From a virus: 64,000 nt of DNA. The DNA lies in the IMG/VR virus record IMGVR_UViG_3300021399_000004, positions 96,001-160,000 of that record; one strand, 5' to 3'. This document shows, one piece after another, positions 8,323 through 16,919 of this stretch. Both the position numbers and the translations under genes were made by a program. Under the pieces are notes generated by a model. That model was not told where the DNA came from and did not search any database. It saw nothing but the letters and a program-made list of their open reading frames with translations. Position 1 is the first letter of the stretch. The number at the start of each line of letters is the position of its first letter.

Positions 8323-8364
8323 TGGGCTGGCCAGGTGACGGTATGATCGCCACCTAATACATTT

Positions 8365-8640
8365 TTAGTCTGTTTCCTTCTCATTTCGATGATACAATGT
8401 GTTAATAGTTTTACCTTCAGGAAGAGCGGCCAACCTCTTAATCCGCACATATTGCCAACGGTCATGAAGCAAGATAGCAGATCGGTAATCATAGTAAGTA
8501 GTGATAGTGTCTGTTTTCTGTGAATTGTAGACTAAAACACGTTCATCGTTAGCGAGATATTCATACAGTCCGTTTTCATAATCTACACGACAGAAGTCGG
8601 GTTGATGATAGTACACTTCCTTGCGCTTATGACTTTTCAT
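8365..8640 (-). CDS. hypothetical protein (91 aa)
   Basis: ORF track. It has no promoter of its own and appears to be co-transcribed with the small ORF upstream. Confidence 0.6.
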   Translation of the reverse strand: MKSHKRKEVYYHQPDFCRVDYENGLYEYLANDERVLVYNSQKTDTITTYYDYRSAILLHDRWQYVRIKRLAALPEGKTINTLYHRNEKETD

Positions 8641-8680
8641 ACTTAGTATCCCCTTTCTTGTTCGGAGAGTGTCCTTCTCT

Positions 8681-8770
8681 TTACTTGTTTTTGTTATTCA
8701 TCAGTTGAATGATTGAGCAGACAATGATTGCGACTTGACAGATGACGATGATGACGGTTCTGGTGGTCAT
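8681..8770 (-). CDS. 29-aa hydrophobic peptide
   Basis: Hand translation gives MTTRTVIIVICQVAIIVCSIIQLMNNKNK. It follows the promoter TTGACA (8835-8840)-N17-TATAAT and the RBS AGAAAGGAAC. Confidence 0.3.
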   Translation of the reverse strand: MTTRTVIIVICQVAIIVCSIIQLMNNKNK

Positions 8771-8849
8771 AGTGGCGTTCCTTTCTGTTTCTCTCTTTCA
8801 GGAACAACTGTATTATAGCATAGGTTGTGGCGATTGTCAAGAGTTTTTT

Positions 8850-9005
8850 TCAAACTGCGCGCCATTCTCCTGTATTTGCGTCTTTAATAAATTCAACCGC
8901 AGGAATATAAATGTAGTTATCTTCGATGATTTCATATTCGGGGAAAGCATTGGGATTGGTTTCAAGAGTGTTATTGATGAAGGTGATGATTTCTTCGCGC
9001 GTCAT
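8850..9005 (-). CDS. hypothetical protein (51 aa)
   Basis: Hand translation gives MTREEIITFINNTLETNPNAFPEYEIIEDNYIYIPAVEFIKDANTGEWRAV. A full cassette leader lies upstream. It is below the ORF-track size cut-off. Confidence 0.45.
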   Translation of the reverse strand: MTREEIITFINNTLETNPNAFPEYEIIEDNYIYIPAVEFIKDANTGEWRAV

Positions 9006-9119
9006 TTGGTTCCCCTTTCTGGTTTATGGTGTTTTCCTTCACCTTTCAATGATAGTATATCATAAGATACATTTTTTGTCAAGGGGTTTTGAAAATTTTT
9101 TGGCGGGCCGGTCTGTAGG

Positions 9120-9139
9120 TTAGATGTTCAAACATCTAA
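9120..9139. repeat. 20-bp palindrome, copy 5
   Basis: Centre CA. It lies 37 bp from the -35 TTGACA (9077-9082). Confidence 0.95.
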
Positions 9140-9187
9140 ATTGGTTCCGGTTAAGCGTGTCTAACTCTTGCATAAAAGAAAAGCCCC

Positions 9188-10198
9188 TTAGTAGGGGCAG
9201 ACGGTGTTTGTGTATTCAGCAAGGCGGTGAAGTTTGTTAATAAGACTTGCGCAATAGTTGCTAATGGTGTCACTTTCCATTTTTGCGTCAAGGTAGGCAG
9301 AAATTGCGTTATAGACCGTTTCGCACTCTTCCATTTTAGGGGTTTTGCGGCGAGTGACAAAATCTACGGTGTCGCCAAGATCACGGAATGGGAAATATTT
9401 GATACCAATTGATACGGCGTGACGCTTTGCAATGCGGGAAAGAATATAAGTTTCAATAATGGCATCGTCCAGGGCTGTGTGACTCTCTATGAAATCATAT
9501 TTGTTACAGAGATATTGATAAGTAGTTTCGGCGCTGGTCTTGAAATAAGTTCCGGAGGCGGTCAGTAGGCCATGTTTGAGGCACTCGGTTTTATAGGTGG
9601 CATTATTCAGAAGATGAGAAGTAGCAAGCCCCCAAAGGTCAAAGAGCGGATAGGTTTCGCCGCGGAAAGTGAAGGCGTCCGGGTTAAAGTCTTTGTCAGA
9701 ATCTTTCTTGTAGGGTTCATTCGCAATCTTCCGGCAGAGATTTTTTTGAATCTGTTCCCACTTCTGATAGTCGGGGCTGTACAGTTTGCGAATATACAAT
9801 TCAGTGAACGGGATGGCCTTCTTAAAGTCAAACATTGCGTTAAAGGCTCCAACAGCGTCAACTTTGTGCAAGTCGTTAATGAAAATTTCCATGACCGTAT
9901 CCCACGGGGCAAGAACGGTTTCTTTATTTTCCAGCATTGCCAGATACCGAGGGCGCTTTTCCGCATAATAGGCGGTATTGAATACGGCGGGAACGGCGAA
10001 CGTTTCGGCAATCAGAAATTGCTTGTTTTCCAGAATATCGCCCTGCCGGTTAGTAATAGTCCAGCCAATATCGTAAATGAGCGGCCTTGCAATAGCGATC
10101 TTCTTCTTCTTTTCGGGATCACCGTCGGCAATTTCAGAGGCGAACGGGAGGGTAGCGGTTTCGGTATCGACAACCATGTACAGACGGCGCTTGCTCAT
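9188..10198 (-). CDS. DnaQ-like DEDDh 3'-5' exonuclease (336 aa)
   Basis: ORF track. Exo I is VVDTETA, Exo II is AFNAMFDF, Exo III is HTALDDAIIE. It is a paralogue of 18141..18902. Confidence 0.75.
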   Translation of the reverse strand: MSKRRLYMVVDTETATLPFASEIADGDPEKKKKIAIARPLIYDIGWTITNRQGDILENKQFLIAETFAVPAVFNTAYYAEKRPRYLAMLENKETVLAPWDTVMEIFINDLHKVDAVGAFNAMFDFKKAIPFTELYIRKLYSPDYQKWEQIQKNLCRKIANEPYKKDSDKDFNPDAFTFRGETYPLFDLWGLATSHLLNNATYKTECLKHGLLTASGTYFKTSAETTYQYLCNKYDFIESHTALDDAIIETYILSRIAKRHAVSIGIKYFPFRDLGDTVDFVTRRKTPKMEECETVYNAISAYLDAKMESDTISNYCASLINKLHRLAEYTNTVCPY

Positions 10199-10308
10199 AC
10201 GGCAGAAGTCCTTTCCGGTTTGAAGTGTTTTCCTTCACTTGATGGGTACAGTATAACATAAGCGGTGATAAAAGTCAATAGGGAAATTTGATGGGCATAG
10301 CCGTATTA

Positions 10309-10328
10309 TTAGATGTTCAAACATCTAA
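10309..10328. repeat. 20-bp palindrome, copy 6 (between divergent promoters)
   Basis: Centre CA. It lies 30 bp from the minus-strand -35 (10273-10278) and 29 bp from the plus-strand -35 TTGACT (10358-10363). Confidence 0.95.
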
Positions 10329-10411
10329 AAATGTTGAAGGAAAATTAAAAATATGGATTGACTTTTTTATAAAGTCGAGTATAATATAATTGTACCAAGA
10401 GAAAGGAGCCA

Positions 10412-10921
10412 ATGAAGATGACTGATTACAAGCAGGAAGCCCGTAAATTTTTGAAAGAATTTTCTCCTGCGTTAGAAAACTATAATGGTTCACTGACGTA
10501 TATGTGGCAGAAAGCCAAAGAATATAATAAAGGTAGAACGAAAATAAATCAAATTGTTTGTAGAAATGGTGCTACTCGGATAGCTCTTATCGGCAAGGAT
10601 TTTGTTGTAAAGATGGATTATGATGCTGATGATGATATAAAAATGTTTGGTGGATGCGGGAAAGAATACGCTTTGTATAGAAAATGTGTTCGTGAAAATT
10701 CGCCTTATTTGCATTGTTTATTGGAAATTGCTAAAATTAAAGTAGGCAATCATTTCTATTACATCATGCCAAAAGCAAACTATTGCGGGCATACTTCCTT
10801 CTTAAATTTCAATTGTGAAGAAAGAAACTGGCTGTATAGTCATGTAAATGATTTACATAATGGAAATATTGGAAAATATAACGGTAAACCTGTGGTTATT
10901 GATTATGCCTGTCAGTTCTGA
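10412..10921 (+). CDS. mini protein-kinase-like protein (169 aa)
   Basis: ORF track. It has FVVKMD (a Lys-containing strand), the catalytic-loop-like NDLHNGNIG, and VVIDYA. It is a paralogue of the C-terminus of 2889..3677. The TGA stop lies inside the hairpin GCCTGTCA-gttc-TGACAGGC. Confidence 0.55.
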   Translation: MKMTDYKQEARKFLKEFSPALENYNGSLTYMWQKAKEYNKGRTKINQIVCRNGATRIALIGKDFVVKMDYDADDDIKMFGGCGKEYALYRKCVRENSPYLHCLLEIAKIKVGNHFYYIMPKANYCGHTSFLNFNCEERNWLYSHVNDLHNGNIGKYNGKPVVIDYACQF

Positions 10922-10944
10922 CAGGCATTTTCATTATTTGTAGA

Positions 10945-10964
10945 TTAGATGTTTGAACATCTAA
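10945..10964. repeat. 20-bp palindrome, copy 7
   Basis: Centre TG. It sits at a convergent junction with no adjacent promoter. Confidence 0.95.
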
Positions 10965-11007
10965 CCTCTCTGGAAAAAAAGAAAAGCGGCCGAAGCCGCT
11001 TTAAGTG

Positions 11008-11340
11008 TTAGCCCTTCACCGTGTAGGTGTTGGGCTTGCCCTCGGTCTTGACAAGCTCGTCAGCCCACAGGCGGGTAATGGCGTACTGCACATTGCCACG
11101 GGTTACGCCGGTGGGCAGGTCATTCTGGCAAGCCTCGTAAACCTCGCTAACCGTCAGCGACACAGGAGTGGACTTGAACACGTTGAACACAATGTCCTTC
11201 ATAGTCGTATACATGTCGGACTTGGCAGCCTTGACCTCGGCGCCACGGTTCAGCTCCTTGTCAACGGCGGCAAGCAGCTCGGTCTGATCGGGCATGGTAG
11301 ACAGGATGTTGCGGATAGCAGTCAGAGAAGCCTTCGTCAT
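11008..11340 (-). CDS. winged-helix-like protein, paralogue family A (110 aa)
   Basis: ORF track. The C-terminus is LTVSEVYEACQNDLPTGVTRGNVQYAITRLWADELVKTEGKPNTYTV. It aligns by eye with 14723..15061 and 17632..17976. Confidence 0.6.
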   Translation of the reverse strand: MTKASLTAIRNILSTMPDQTELLAAVDKELNRGAEVKAAKSDMYTTMKDIVFNVFKSTPVSLTVSEVYEACQNDLPTGVTRGNVQYAITRLWADELVKTEGKPNTYTVKG

Positions 11341-11518
11341 ATGGATACCCTTTCTGGTTTGTGGGGTTTTCCTTCCCCTGTTTTGTTGTTGTCCCTTGGG
11401 ACACTCTTATTGTACCACACTTTAGTGTGCTTGTCAAGGGAGTTTGGAAACTTTTTTTGAGTTTCAACTACGACCTTGCAACGGTGGTGTGGCTTGGAGT
11501 TCCCTCCTGACAGTATTT

Positions 11519-11547
11519 ATTATAGCAAAGGTTTAAGAAAAAGTCAA
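11519..11547 (-). promoter_or_regulatory. distal promoter upstream of the proximal promoter of 11008..11340
   Basis: TTGACT (11542-11547), N17, TATAAT (11519-11524). The next 25 nt (11502-11526) are identical to 15239-15263. Confidence 0.65.
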
Positions 11548-11566
11548 GCAGACTCTTTTTAATGCT

Positions 11567-11586
11567 TTAGATGTTTAAACATCTAA
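11567..11586. repeat. 20-bp palindrome, copy 8
   Basis: Centre TA. It lies 19 bp from the -35 at 11542-11547. Confidence 0.95.
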
Positions 11587-11593
11587 AATGGCT

Positions 11594-11613
11594 GGGAGGG
11601 CGTTAGCCCTCCC
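11594..11613 (-). terminator. GC hairpin with the stop codon in its loop
   Basis: GGGAGGGC-gtta-GCCCTCCC. The TAA of 11603..11815 occupies loop positions 11603-11605. Confidence 0.65.
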
Positions 11614-11815
11614 CAATAATAGCCTCAACCAGAGGATGCCACGTCTTGATATGAGTCACAATCTGTACATCATCAGGATCAATGAAGCCACCGCAACAGC
11701 CGCAGATAATGGTCTGAATTTCATCGCCCTTGTAGATAGCGATACCCGCAATCTCCTGCCGCAATTCGGCAGGCACAGTCAAGTCGTAGAAGGTAATTTG
11801 TTCAGTGTACATCAT
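11603..11815 (-). CDS. hypothetical protein (70 aa)
   Basis: ORF track. It contains CGCCGG and lies 2 nt downstream of 11818..12003, in the same operon. Confidence 0.55.
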   Translation of the reverse strand: MMYTEQITFYDLTVPAELRQEIAGIAIYKGDEIQTIICGCCGGFIDPDDVQIVTHIKTWHPLVEAIIGEG

Positions 11816-11817
11816 AA

Positions 11818-12003
11818 TTAGTCATCCTCCTCTACAATGTAGTCCATCTCAATCAGGTGCTTGGTCGTGGCGGAGTAGGTCAGGAACTGAATGGTGTTGC
11901 CCATGTACAGGCAGATCTGCCAGTAGTCGTCACGCTTGACCTCAATGAAGTTGGTCTTGGGGTTATTCAGAAGGGCATGAATCATGTTTTCGTATTCGGT
12001 CAT
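11818..12003 (-). CDS. hypothetical protein (61 aa)
   Basis: ORF track, with a cassette leader upstream. Confidence 0.55.
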   Translation of the reverse strand: MTEYENMIHALLNNPKTNFIEVKRDDYWQICLYMGNTIQFLTYSATTKHLIEMDYIVEEDD

Positions 12004-12108
12004 CGTGAATCTCCTTTGGTTTGGTGGGTGTCCTTCCCTTGGTACGGTCTTATTATACCATAGCGGGATTTTATTGTCAAGAGATATATGCAGGAAAGTT
12101 AAAGAATA

Positions 12109-12128
12109 TTAGATGTTTGAACATCTAA
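12109..12128. repeat. 20-bp palindrome, copy 9
   Basis: Centre TG. It lies 28 bp from the -35 TTGACA (12075-12080). Confidence 0.95.
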
Positions 12129-12137
12129 TATAAATAA

Positions 12138-12151
12138 GGCCCATTAGGGCC
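12138..12151 (-). terminator. GC hairpin with the stop codon in its loop
   Basis: GGCCC-atta-GGGCC. TAA occupies 12144-12146, and a U-rich tail follows on the minus strand. Confidence 0.6.
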
Positions 12152-12434
12152 GTAGGTAATCAACAATGATTTCACCAGTATCAGCAGCGATGACTTGCAC
12201 TCTCGTGCAGTCTTTATCTCCAAGATAAATAGCAACAGAATGAAGTGCAGATACAATATCAGTAGTAAATTCTTCATAGTATTCTTCGCCATAATAGCGA
12301 AGGAGACAATAGCCTGGAAGGTAACTCAGAGTAATAGTTTCAGTTGGTTTACAATTGTGAATGAAGTCCATGGCAGATTCACGGGTCGCAAACTCTCGGT
12401 CAAGTCCTGTCGTCTCATTTGTAATCTTCCACAT
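12144..12434 (-). CDS. hypothetical protein (96 aa)
   Basis: ORF track. In the leader GTAC-gaaggag-GTAC the RBS sits in the hairpin loop. Confidence 0.6.
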   Translation of the reverse strand: MWKITNETTGLDREFATRESAMDFIHNCKPTETITLSYLPGYCLLRYYGEEYYEEFTTDIVSALHSVAIYLGDKDCTRVQVIAADTGEIIVDYLRP

Positions 12435-12508
12435 ATTTGTGTACCTCCTTCGTACAATGGTATTATACTATGAGATTAGGCGTGTGTCAAGAGGAGTTCT
12501 AATGGCTA

Positions 12509-12528
12509 TTAGATGTTTGAACATCTAA
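12509..12528. repeat. 20-bp palindrome, copy 10
   Basis: Centre TG. It lies 18 bp from the -35 TTGACA (12485-12490). Confidence 0.95.
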
Positions 12529-12547
12529 TCCAGAAAGGCGGTGGCGG

Positions 12548-12940
12548 TTACACCGCCACCTCACGGTCGAGATACTGGTTAGGGTCGTCCTTCTCTTCTT
12601 CTTCCTGAGCCTTGGCGGCCTTGGCGGCCCGGCGGGCCTTGTCAGCGGCAATCTTAGCCGCCTTTTCCTTAGCCTTGGCTTCGGCCTTCGCCGCCTTGGC
12701 GGCCTTTTCCTCTTTCCACGCTTCAGCCTCCACAAAGGGGTCAAACACACCGCCCTTGGCAGTCTCGGTGAAGGACTTGGACTTAACCGTGATCTCAGTC
12801 CAAACCTCCTGACCGTCTACCTCCTGCAACACGGCGAACGAGGCATCACCAAACTGCACAGCGGCAAGCTGTTCCAGAACGTCATGCAGGGCAGTCAGGG
12901 TCATGGCACGAGCGGCGGACTTGGCTTCCAGAATCTTCAT
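12548..12940 (-). CDS. protein with Lys/Ala-rich (histone H1-like) C-terminal tail, paralogue family B
   Basis: ORF track 12548..12946; the start is the ATG at 12940 after the conserved leader. The tail is EEKAAKAAKAEAKAKEKAAKIAADKARRAAKAAKA. Confidence 0.6.
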   Translation of the reverse strand: MKILEAKSAARAMTLTALHDVLEQLAAVQFGDASFAVLQEVDGQEVWTEITVKSKSFTETAKGGVFDPFVEAEAWKEEKAAKAAKAEAKAKEKAAKIAADKARRAAKAAKAQEEEEKDDPNQYLDREVAV

Positions 12941-13041
12941 AGGCAATTCCCTTTCTGGTTTTTTGGGGTTTTCCTTCCCCTTGGTACATGCTTATTATAC
13001 AGGATTCTTTGGTAAAAGTCAAGAATTTTTAGGGAGATAAA

Positions 13042-13061
13042 TTAGATGTTTGAACATCTAA
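13042..13061. repeat. 20-bp palindrome, copy 11
   Basis: Centre TG. It lies 19 bp from the -35 TTGACT (13017-13022). Confidence 0.95.
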
Positions 13062-13093
13062 TTTAGGTTTTAGGTAAAAGCCCTTGCGGGCTT

Positions 13094-14146
13094 TTACTTA
13101 ATAAATTCTTCAAGATGATTTTGATATTCAATAGCAAATTGCTTCTGGGCCGGGTCGGTCACGTCAGCATTGAAACGAGTAAGATACTGGATAATTTTGC
13201 CTTTGTGCGAAACTTCACATGTAATGCAGGGGGTATCTGGGGCAGAAATTTTCCGTACAGTAACAATGTAAGTTTCGTTATGAAATACTTTCGACATATA
13301 GAGATCTTCTACACAATTCTCTTGCGCCTTTGCTTCAATATGAAATGCTTCTTTGTTAAGAATTGGGCGCGCTTCATAATCCCGATATTGGAAGTAGAGG
13401 AATGGCTTGTCATTATTTTTAGTTAAAATAGAATCATAATTTTCTTGCTTATAAATTTTATAAAGATAGACCATTTTAGCATAAGCGGTTAAGAAATTAT
13501 GCGGCACTTTCACTTCATTATACATCATTATACTCATTTTATAATAGTTAATAATCAATTCTTCAAATTTAGGCTGGGCATAATATACATATGGATTATC
13601 ATCAATATTAGCAGAGAATGAATCAACATTTTCAAGAATCATTCGTTGTAGTATGGAGATAACGTAAGTACCGGGGATTTCTTGATGATGATATGCGATA
13701 GAACGAGCAATCTTTTTTGCCCAGTCGGGAAATCTTTCATGAGCAGGATAATTTTTAGAAAAGTTATAGGCGGCGACGGCGTTATCGCTATACATGCCAT
13801 TATAGTTATCTTTGATAAAGCTAACAAGCTCTTTAGTCAGACGGGAAGAGGAATCTAAAGCACTAAAACTTTCCGGAACTAATCCAACGGATATAAGCTG
13901 TTCAAGCCTGTTTGCTCTTGCTCGGGTGTACTTTTCTTTATAAGTTGATTCGTTCATTCTATACATATAGATAACACGAGCAAAAATATTATTACATGTA
14001 AGATTATTATAAGTAAATACTTGTGGAATGGTCTTAACAGGTTTATTAGACTTGCCGATGAAATTTCCAGTAGTGATATGCCACTTGCCCATCATCTCAT
14101 TCGCATGATATGCTACAATGTAATCTTTCTCTTTGATGAACTCCAT
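13094..14146 (-). CDS. hypothetical protein (350 aa), possibly with a PcfJ-like C-terminal region
   Basis: ORF track. GC is very low, about 25-30%. The segment ENCVEDLYMSKVFHNETYIVTVRK...PCITCEV..IIQYLTRFN weakly recalls PcfJ-like domains; this was not verified. Confidence 0.6.
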   Translation of the reverse strand: MEFIKEKDYIVAYHANEMMGKWHITTGNFIGKSNKPVKTIPQVFTYNNLTCNNIFARVIYMYRMNESTYKEKYTRARANRLEQLISVGLVPESFSALDSSSRLTKELVSFIKDNYNGMYSDNAVAAYNFSKNYPAHERFPDWAKKIARSIAYHHQEIPGTYVISILQRMILENVDSFSANIDDNPYVYYAQPKFEELIINYYKMSIMMYNEVKVPHNFLTAYAKMVYLYKIYKQENYDSILTKNNDKPFLYFQYRDYEARPILNKEAFHIEAKAQENCVEDLYMSKVFHNETYIVTVRKISAPDTPCITCEVSHKGKIIQYLTRFNADVTDPAQKQFAIEYQNHLEEFIK

Positions 14147-14241
14147 GCCGGCAACCTTTCTGGTTTGAGGTGTTTTCCTTCACCTTTCGAGAGTAGTATA
14201 CCACCGATTCAAAGGATTGTCAATAAGGAAAAATTCATAGA

Positions 14242-14261
14242 TTAGATGTTCAAACATCTAA
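14242..14261. repeat. 20-bp palindrome, copy 12
   Basis: Centre CA. It lies 18 bp from the -35 TTGACA (14218-14223). Confidence 0.95.
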
Positions 14262-14265
14262 CCTT

Positions 14266-14285
14266 AAAAGCCCGTTAGGGCTTTT
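14266..14285 (-). terminator. hairpin terminator with the stop codon in its loop
   Basis: AAAAGCCC-gtta-GGGCTTTT. TAA occupies 14275-14277. Confidence 0.65.
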
Positions 14286-14562
14286 TCGAGAAGTTCTTTT
14301 TTACATATGCCCGCAAGGTTTTTTCTGCCTGTTCGGGCGTGCGGCGACGAGTTGTGACAACATTCCAACAATCAAATGCCCCTGCTTCTTCACCGTATTC
14401 ATATATATCAGCGGCGCGCCAGGTATCATCGCCCCACCATTCTGTCATGGCATTTGCGTCAAACAAAGCGTAAGCTCCTTCCCACCCACAGTCCCAAGTG
14501 TCTACTACGGAAAGACAAACATACTGATGATTAGGAGTGCGGATTACTTCATGAAGATACAT
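14275..14562 (-). CDS. hypothetical protein (95 aa)
   Basis: ORF track 14275..14676. The start MYLHEVIR at 14562 follows the conserved leader. Confidence 0.55.
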   Translation of the reverse strand: MYLHEVIRTPNHQYVCLSVVDTWDCGWEGAYALFDANAMTEWWGDDTWRAADIYEYGEEAGAFDCWNVVTTRRRTPEQAEKTLRAYVKKNFSKKP

Positions 14563-14660
14563 TTTGAATCCTTTCTGGTTTTCGGGATTTTCCTTTCCCT
14601 TTGGAACGCTTTTAGTATAGCATAAGATGATTTGGAAATCAAGTCTAATTTTTGATGAGT

Positions 14661-14680
14661 TTAGATGTTTTAACATCTAA
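14661..14680. repeat. 20-bp palindrome, copy 13
   Basis: Centre TT. It lies 18 bp from the -35 TTGATT (14637-14642). Confidence 0.95.
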
Positions 14681-14722
14681 TTAGAAGGCAAAGAAAAAGC
14701 GCCCGTAGGCGCTTTGCAGGGA

Positions 14723-15061
14723 TTACGCCCTGCGGTAGCAGTTGACGCCCTTGACGCCCTCAACCTTGACGATGGCGTCACCCCACAGGCGGGTCAGACC
14801 ATAGCTGACCTTGCCCTTGGTAAAGCCCTCGGGGAGCTTGTCAGCGCACTCGTCATAGATCTCAGCGGCAGTCAGCGGGGCAGTGGTCATCGCAAGGACT
14901 TCCAGCACAGCGGCCTTCGCTTCGTCATAGGCGGACTTGCGCTCAGCCTTGGCGGCTTCGCCACGGTGCAGTTCGGCGTTGAGTTCGTCCATGATGGCGG
15001 TATCAGAGTAGCCAGTCTCGGTCAGGTAAGCAACAACAGCGGACAGAGTAGCCTTCTTCAT
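14723..15061 (-). CDS. winged-helix-like protein, paralogue family A (112 aa)
   Basis: ORF track. The C-terminus is LTAAEIYDECADKLPEGFTKGKVSYGLTRLWGDAIVKVEG. Confidence 0.6.
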   Translation of the reverse strand: MKKATLSAVVAYLTETGYSDTAIMDELNAELHRGEAAKAERKSAYDEAKAAVLEVLAMTTAPLTAAEIYDECADKLPEGFTKGKVSYGLTRLWGDAIVKVEGVKGVNCYRRA

Positions 15062-15255
15062 ACGGGAATCTCCTTCTGGTTTGGTGGGTTTTCCTTCCCT
15101 TGATTACGTGGTAATTATACCACAGATTTTGTTGGCTGTCAAGAGGAAGTTTTAAGTTTCGCAAACTTTTTTTTAGCACTTTGCGAAGGTAGAATTTTTA
15201 AGGCGCGGTGTCAAGGTGCTCGCTTGTCTTGTGCCCTTCCCTCCTGACAGTATTT

Positions 15256-15284
15256 ATTATAGCCGATTCTTTGATAAAAGTCAA
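15256..15284 (-). promoter_or_regulatory. distal promoter upstream of the proximal promoter of 14723..15061
   Basis: TTGACT (15279-15284), N17, TATAAT (15256-15261). The 25-nt leader start (15239-15263) is identical to 11502-11526. Confidence 0.65.
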
Positions 15285-15292
15285 ACAGTTAA

Positions 15293-15312
15293 TTAGATGT
15301 TTAAACATCTAA
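15293..15312. repeat. 20-bp palindrome, copy 14
   Basis: Centre TA. It lies 8 bp from the -35 at 15279-15284. Confidence 0.95.
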
Positions 15313-15326
15313 CTAGAAGAGGCACC

Positions 15327-15518
15327 TTAAAGGTGCTCTGCATGAACTTTGCGGCAGTATGGGCAATAAATATCAACGAAGTCATCATCTCCGTCAATGC
15401 AGACAGGTTTCAAATAAGTATAATCTACCATGAAGTAATGGCCACAATGGGGGCAACTGGTTTCATCATAGTAATAGGTAACTTCTTCGTAGTTCTTCTT
15501 CTGATACTTGCTCATCAT
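15327..15518 (-). CDS. zinc-ribbon protein (63 aa)
   Basis: ORF track. It has CPHCGH...CPYCRK. Confidence 0.55.
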   Translation of the reverse strand: MMSKYQKKNYEEVTYYYDETSCPHCGHYFMVDYTYLKPVCIDGDDDFVDIYCPYCRKVHAEHL

Positions 15519-15568
15519 TTGTTAAGCCCTCCGTGTTTTCATTTGATTTTTAAGATACATAATTGTCA

Positions 15569-15769
15569 TTACGTTTTCCCGTTAATGCAGATAATTTCAT
15601 TTACGGTAGGATCAGTAACTATGAGGACTTTCTTGCAATTAATCAGAGCGCCATGCCCAGACAGGGCAATCTTGAGAATATTGAAAGGCATGGGGTTTGG
15701 CGACCGAACAATGAACTTGTCTGCAAATTCATACACATACTTGATATGATTCTCCATTCGGGATTCCAT
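15569..15769 (-). CDS. hypothetical protein (62-66 aa)
   Basis: ORF track. The alternative start MENHIKY at 15757 fits the RBS spacing better. Confidence 0.5.
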   Translation of the reverse strand: MESRMENHIKYVYEFADKFIVRSPNPMPFNILKIALSGHGALINCKKVLIVTDPTVNEIICINGKT

Positions 15770-15841
15770 CCTTTCTGTTCCCTTGGAACAATTGCATTAT
15801 AGCATAAAATTAAATTGCTGTCAAGAGGCCTGGAAATAATA

Positions 15842-15861
15842 TTAGATGTTAAAACATCTAT
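15842..15861. repeat. 20-bp palindrome, copy 15 (last base T)
   Basis: Centre AA. It lies 17 bp from the -35 TTGACA (15819-15824). Confidence 0.9.
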
Positions 15862-15902
15862 ATAATTTAGACTCGTTCTACAACAAGTCTAAATTTATTT
15901 CT

Positions 15903-16211
15903 TTATACTGTGCGCCTTTCAATAAAGTTCTTAAGTAGTTCTGCCAACTCATGAGCAGTATGCATACTCACATCATCATAATCCCATGGGAATCCCATAG
16001 TTTCCCACATTCCTATAGCATTACCATATGAGCCATCATGGAGGATCGCATCTCCAGGAAGTCCTTCAAAGGTAATTTGAAAACCATTCTGGTAAAACCA
16101 AATGTCTTCAATCTTAATATTATATCGATCGAGTTCAGTGAGAAAAGTATGCAGACTATTGACATAAGTCATGTTAAGGGGAACACGAGTAAATTCAGAG
16201 TAAGTACGCAT
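15903..16211 (-). CDS. hypothetical protein (102 aa)
   Basis: ORF track, with the conserved leader upstream. Confidence 0.6.
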   Translation of the reverse strand: MRTYSEFTRVPLNMTYVNSLHTFLTELDRYNIKIEDIWFYQNGFQITFEGLPGDAILHDGSYGNAIGMWETMGFPWDYDDVSMHTAHELAELLKNFIERRTV

Positions 16212-16297
16212 AGATTTTTCTCCTTTTGGTTTAGAGTTTTCCTTCTCCTAATTACAATTGGAGTATACTATATTTATGGTATTTTGTCAACATAAAA

Positions 16298-16317
16298 TTA
16301 GATGTTCAAACATCTAA
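16298..16317. repeat. 20-bp palindrome, copy 16
   Basis: Centre CA. It lies 7 bp from the -35 TTGACA (16285-16290). Confidence 0.95.
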
Positions 16318-16329
16318 TCTACAAGGCCC

Positions 16330-16767
16330 TCACAAGAGGGTCTTGAGAATTTCAATAATACGGTCAGGGGTATAAGCCGTGTCATGCCAATCATCACGGT
16401 TTTTCTGTTCATCATCGAACAGGATTCCGCCGCCGCAAGTTAAATATTTATTAGTTCCATATCTGACAACTTTGATCTCGTCCCATTCAACCGAGGGCAA
16501 GTGATGAATCAGCCATTCCCTTTTTGCCATTTCTACGGCGGTATTAAATGCTTCGCTTCCGGTTTTAGAAGTCCAGCTAATAATACCAATTTTCCAGCCC
16601 TTGTCCTGCAAGCGATTGAGCAGCCTTGCAAGAAGGCTAAAGTTCAGCATGACTTTAGCGTTTTTGTAGGGGAAAGTATCCTCTCTATTCAGATAGTCAA
16701 GCCACCCTTCCACCTCATACAGGGCGGCGATTGTCCCATCCATGTCAAACCAAATTTCTTTCTTCAT
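16330..16767 (-). CDS. HAD-superfamily nucleotidase-like protein (145 aa)
   Basis: ORF track. It has motif I, WFDMDGTIA, a later ILFDDE, and IISWTSKT (motif II-like). Confidence 0.7.
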   Translation of the reverse strand: MKKEIWFDMDGTIAALYEVEGWLDYLNREDTFPYKNAKVMLNFSLLARLLNRLQDKGWKIGIISWTSKTGSEAFNTAVEMAKREWLIHHLPSVEWDEIKVVRYGTNKYLTCGGGILFDDEQKNRDDWHDTAYTPDRIIEILKTLL

Positions 16768-16866
16768 CTTGTTTATCCTTTCTGGCTTTAGAGATTCTTT
16801 CCTTTTGGGAACAATGACAGTATAGCATACATTAAAAAAGAAGTCAAGGTAGAAAATGAAATAAGA

Positions 16867-16886
16867 TTAGATGTTTGAACATCTAA
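16867..16886. repeat. 20-bp palindrome, copy 17
   Basis: Centre TG. It lies 19 bp from the -35 TTGACT (16842-16847). Confidence 0.95.
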
Positions 16887-16919
16887 ATTTTAGGACGAGG
16901 CGTTAGACGCCTCTAATGG

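Noticed and set aside
9572-15103. Plus-strand ORFs lie opposite cassette genes (9572..10261, 11005..11460, 12612..12812, 14714..15103, 8742..9065, 7297..7713).
   Set aside because: They are antisense to genes that have full promoter, leader and RBS context. They have no expression signals of their own, and they span promoters and terminators of the minus-strand units.
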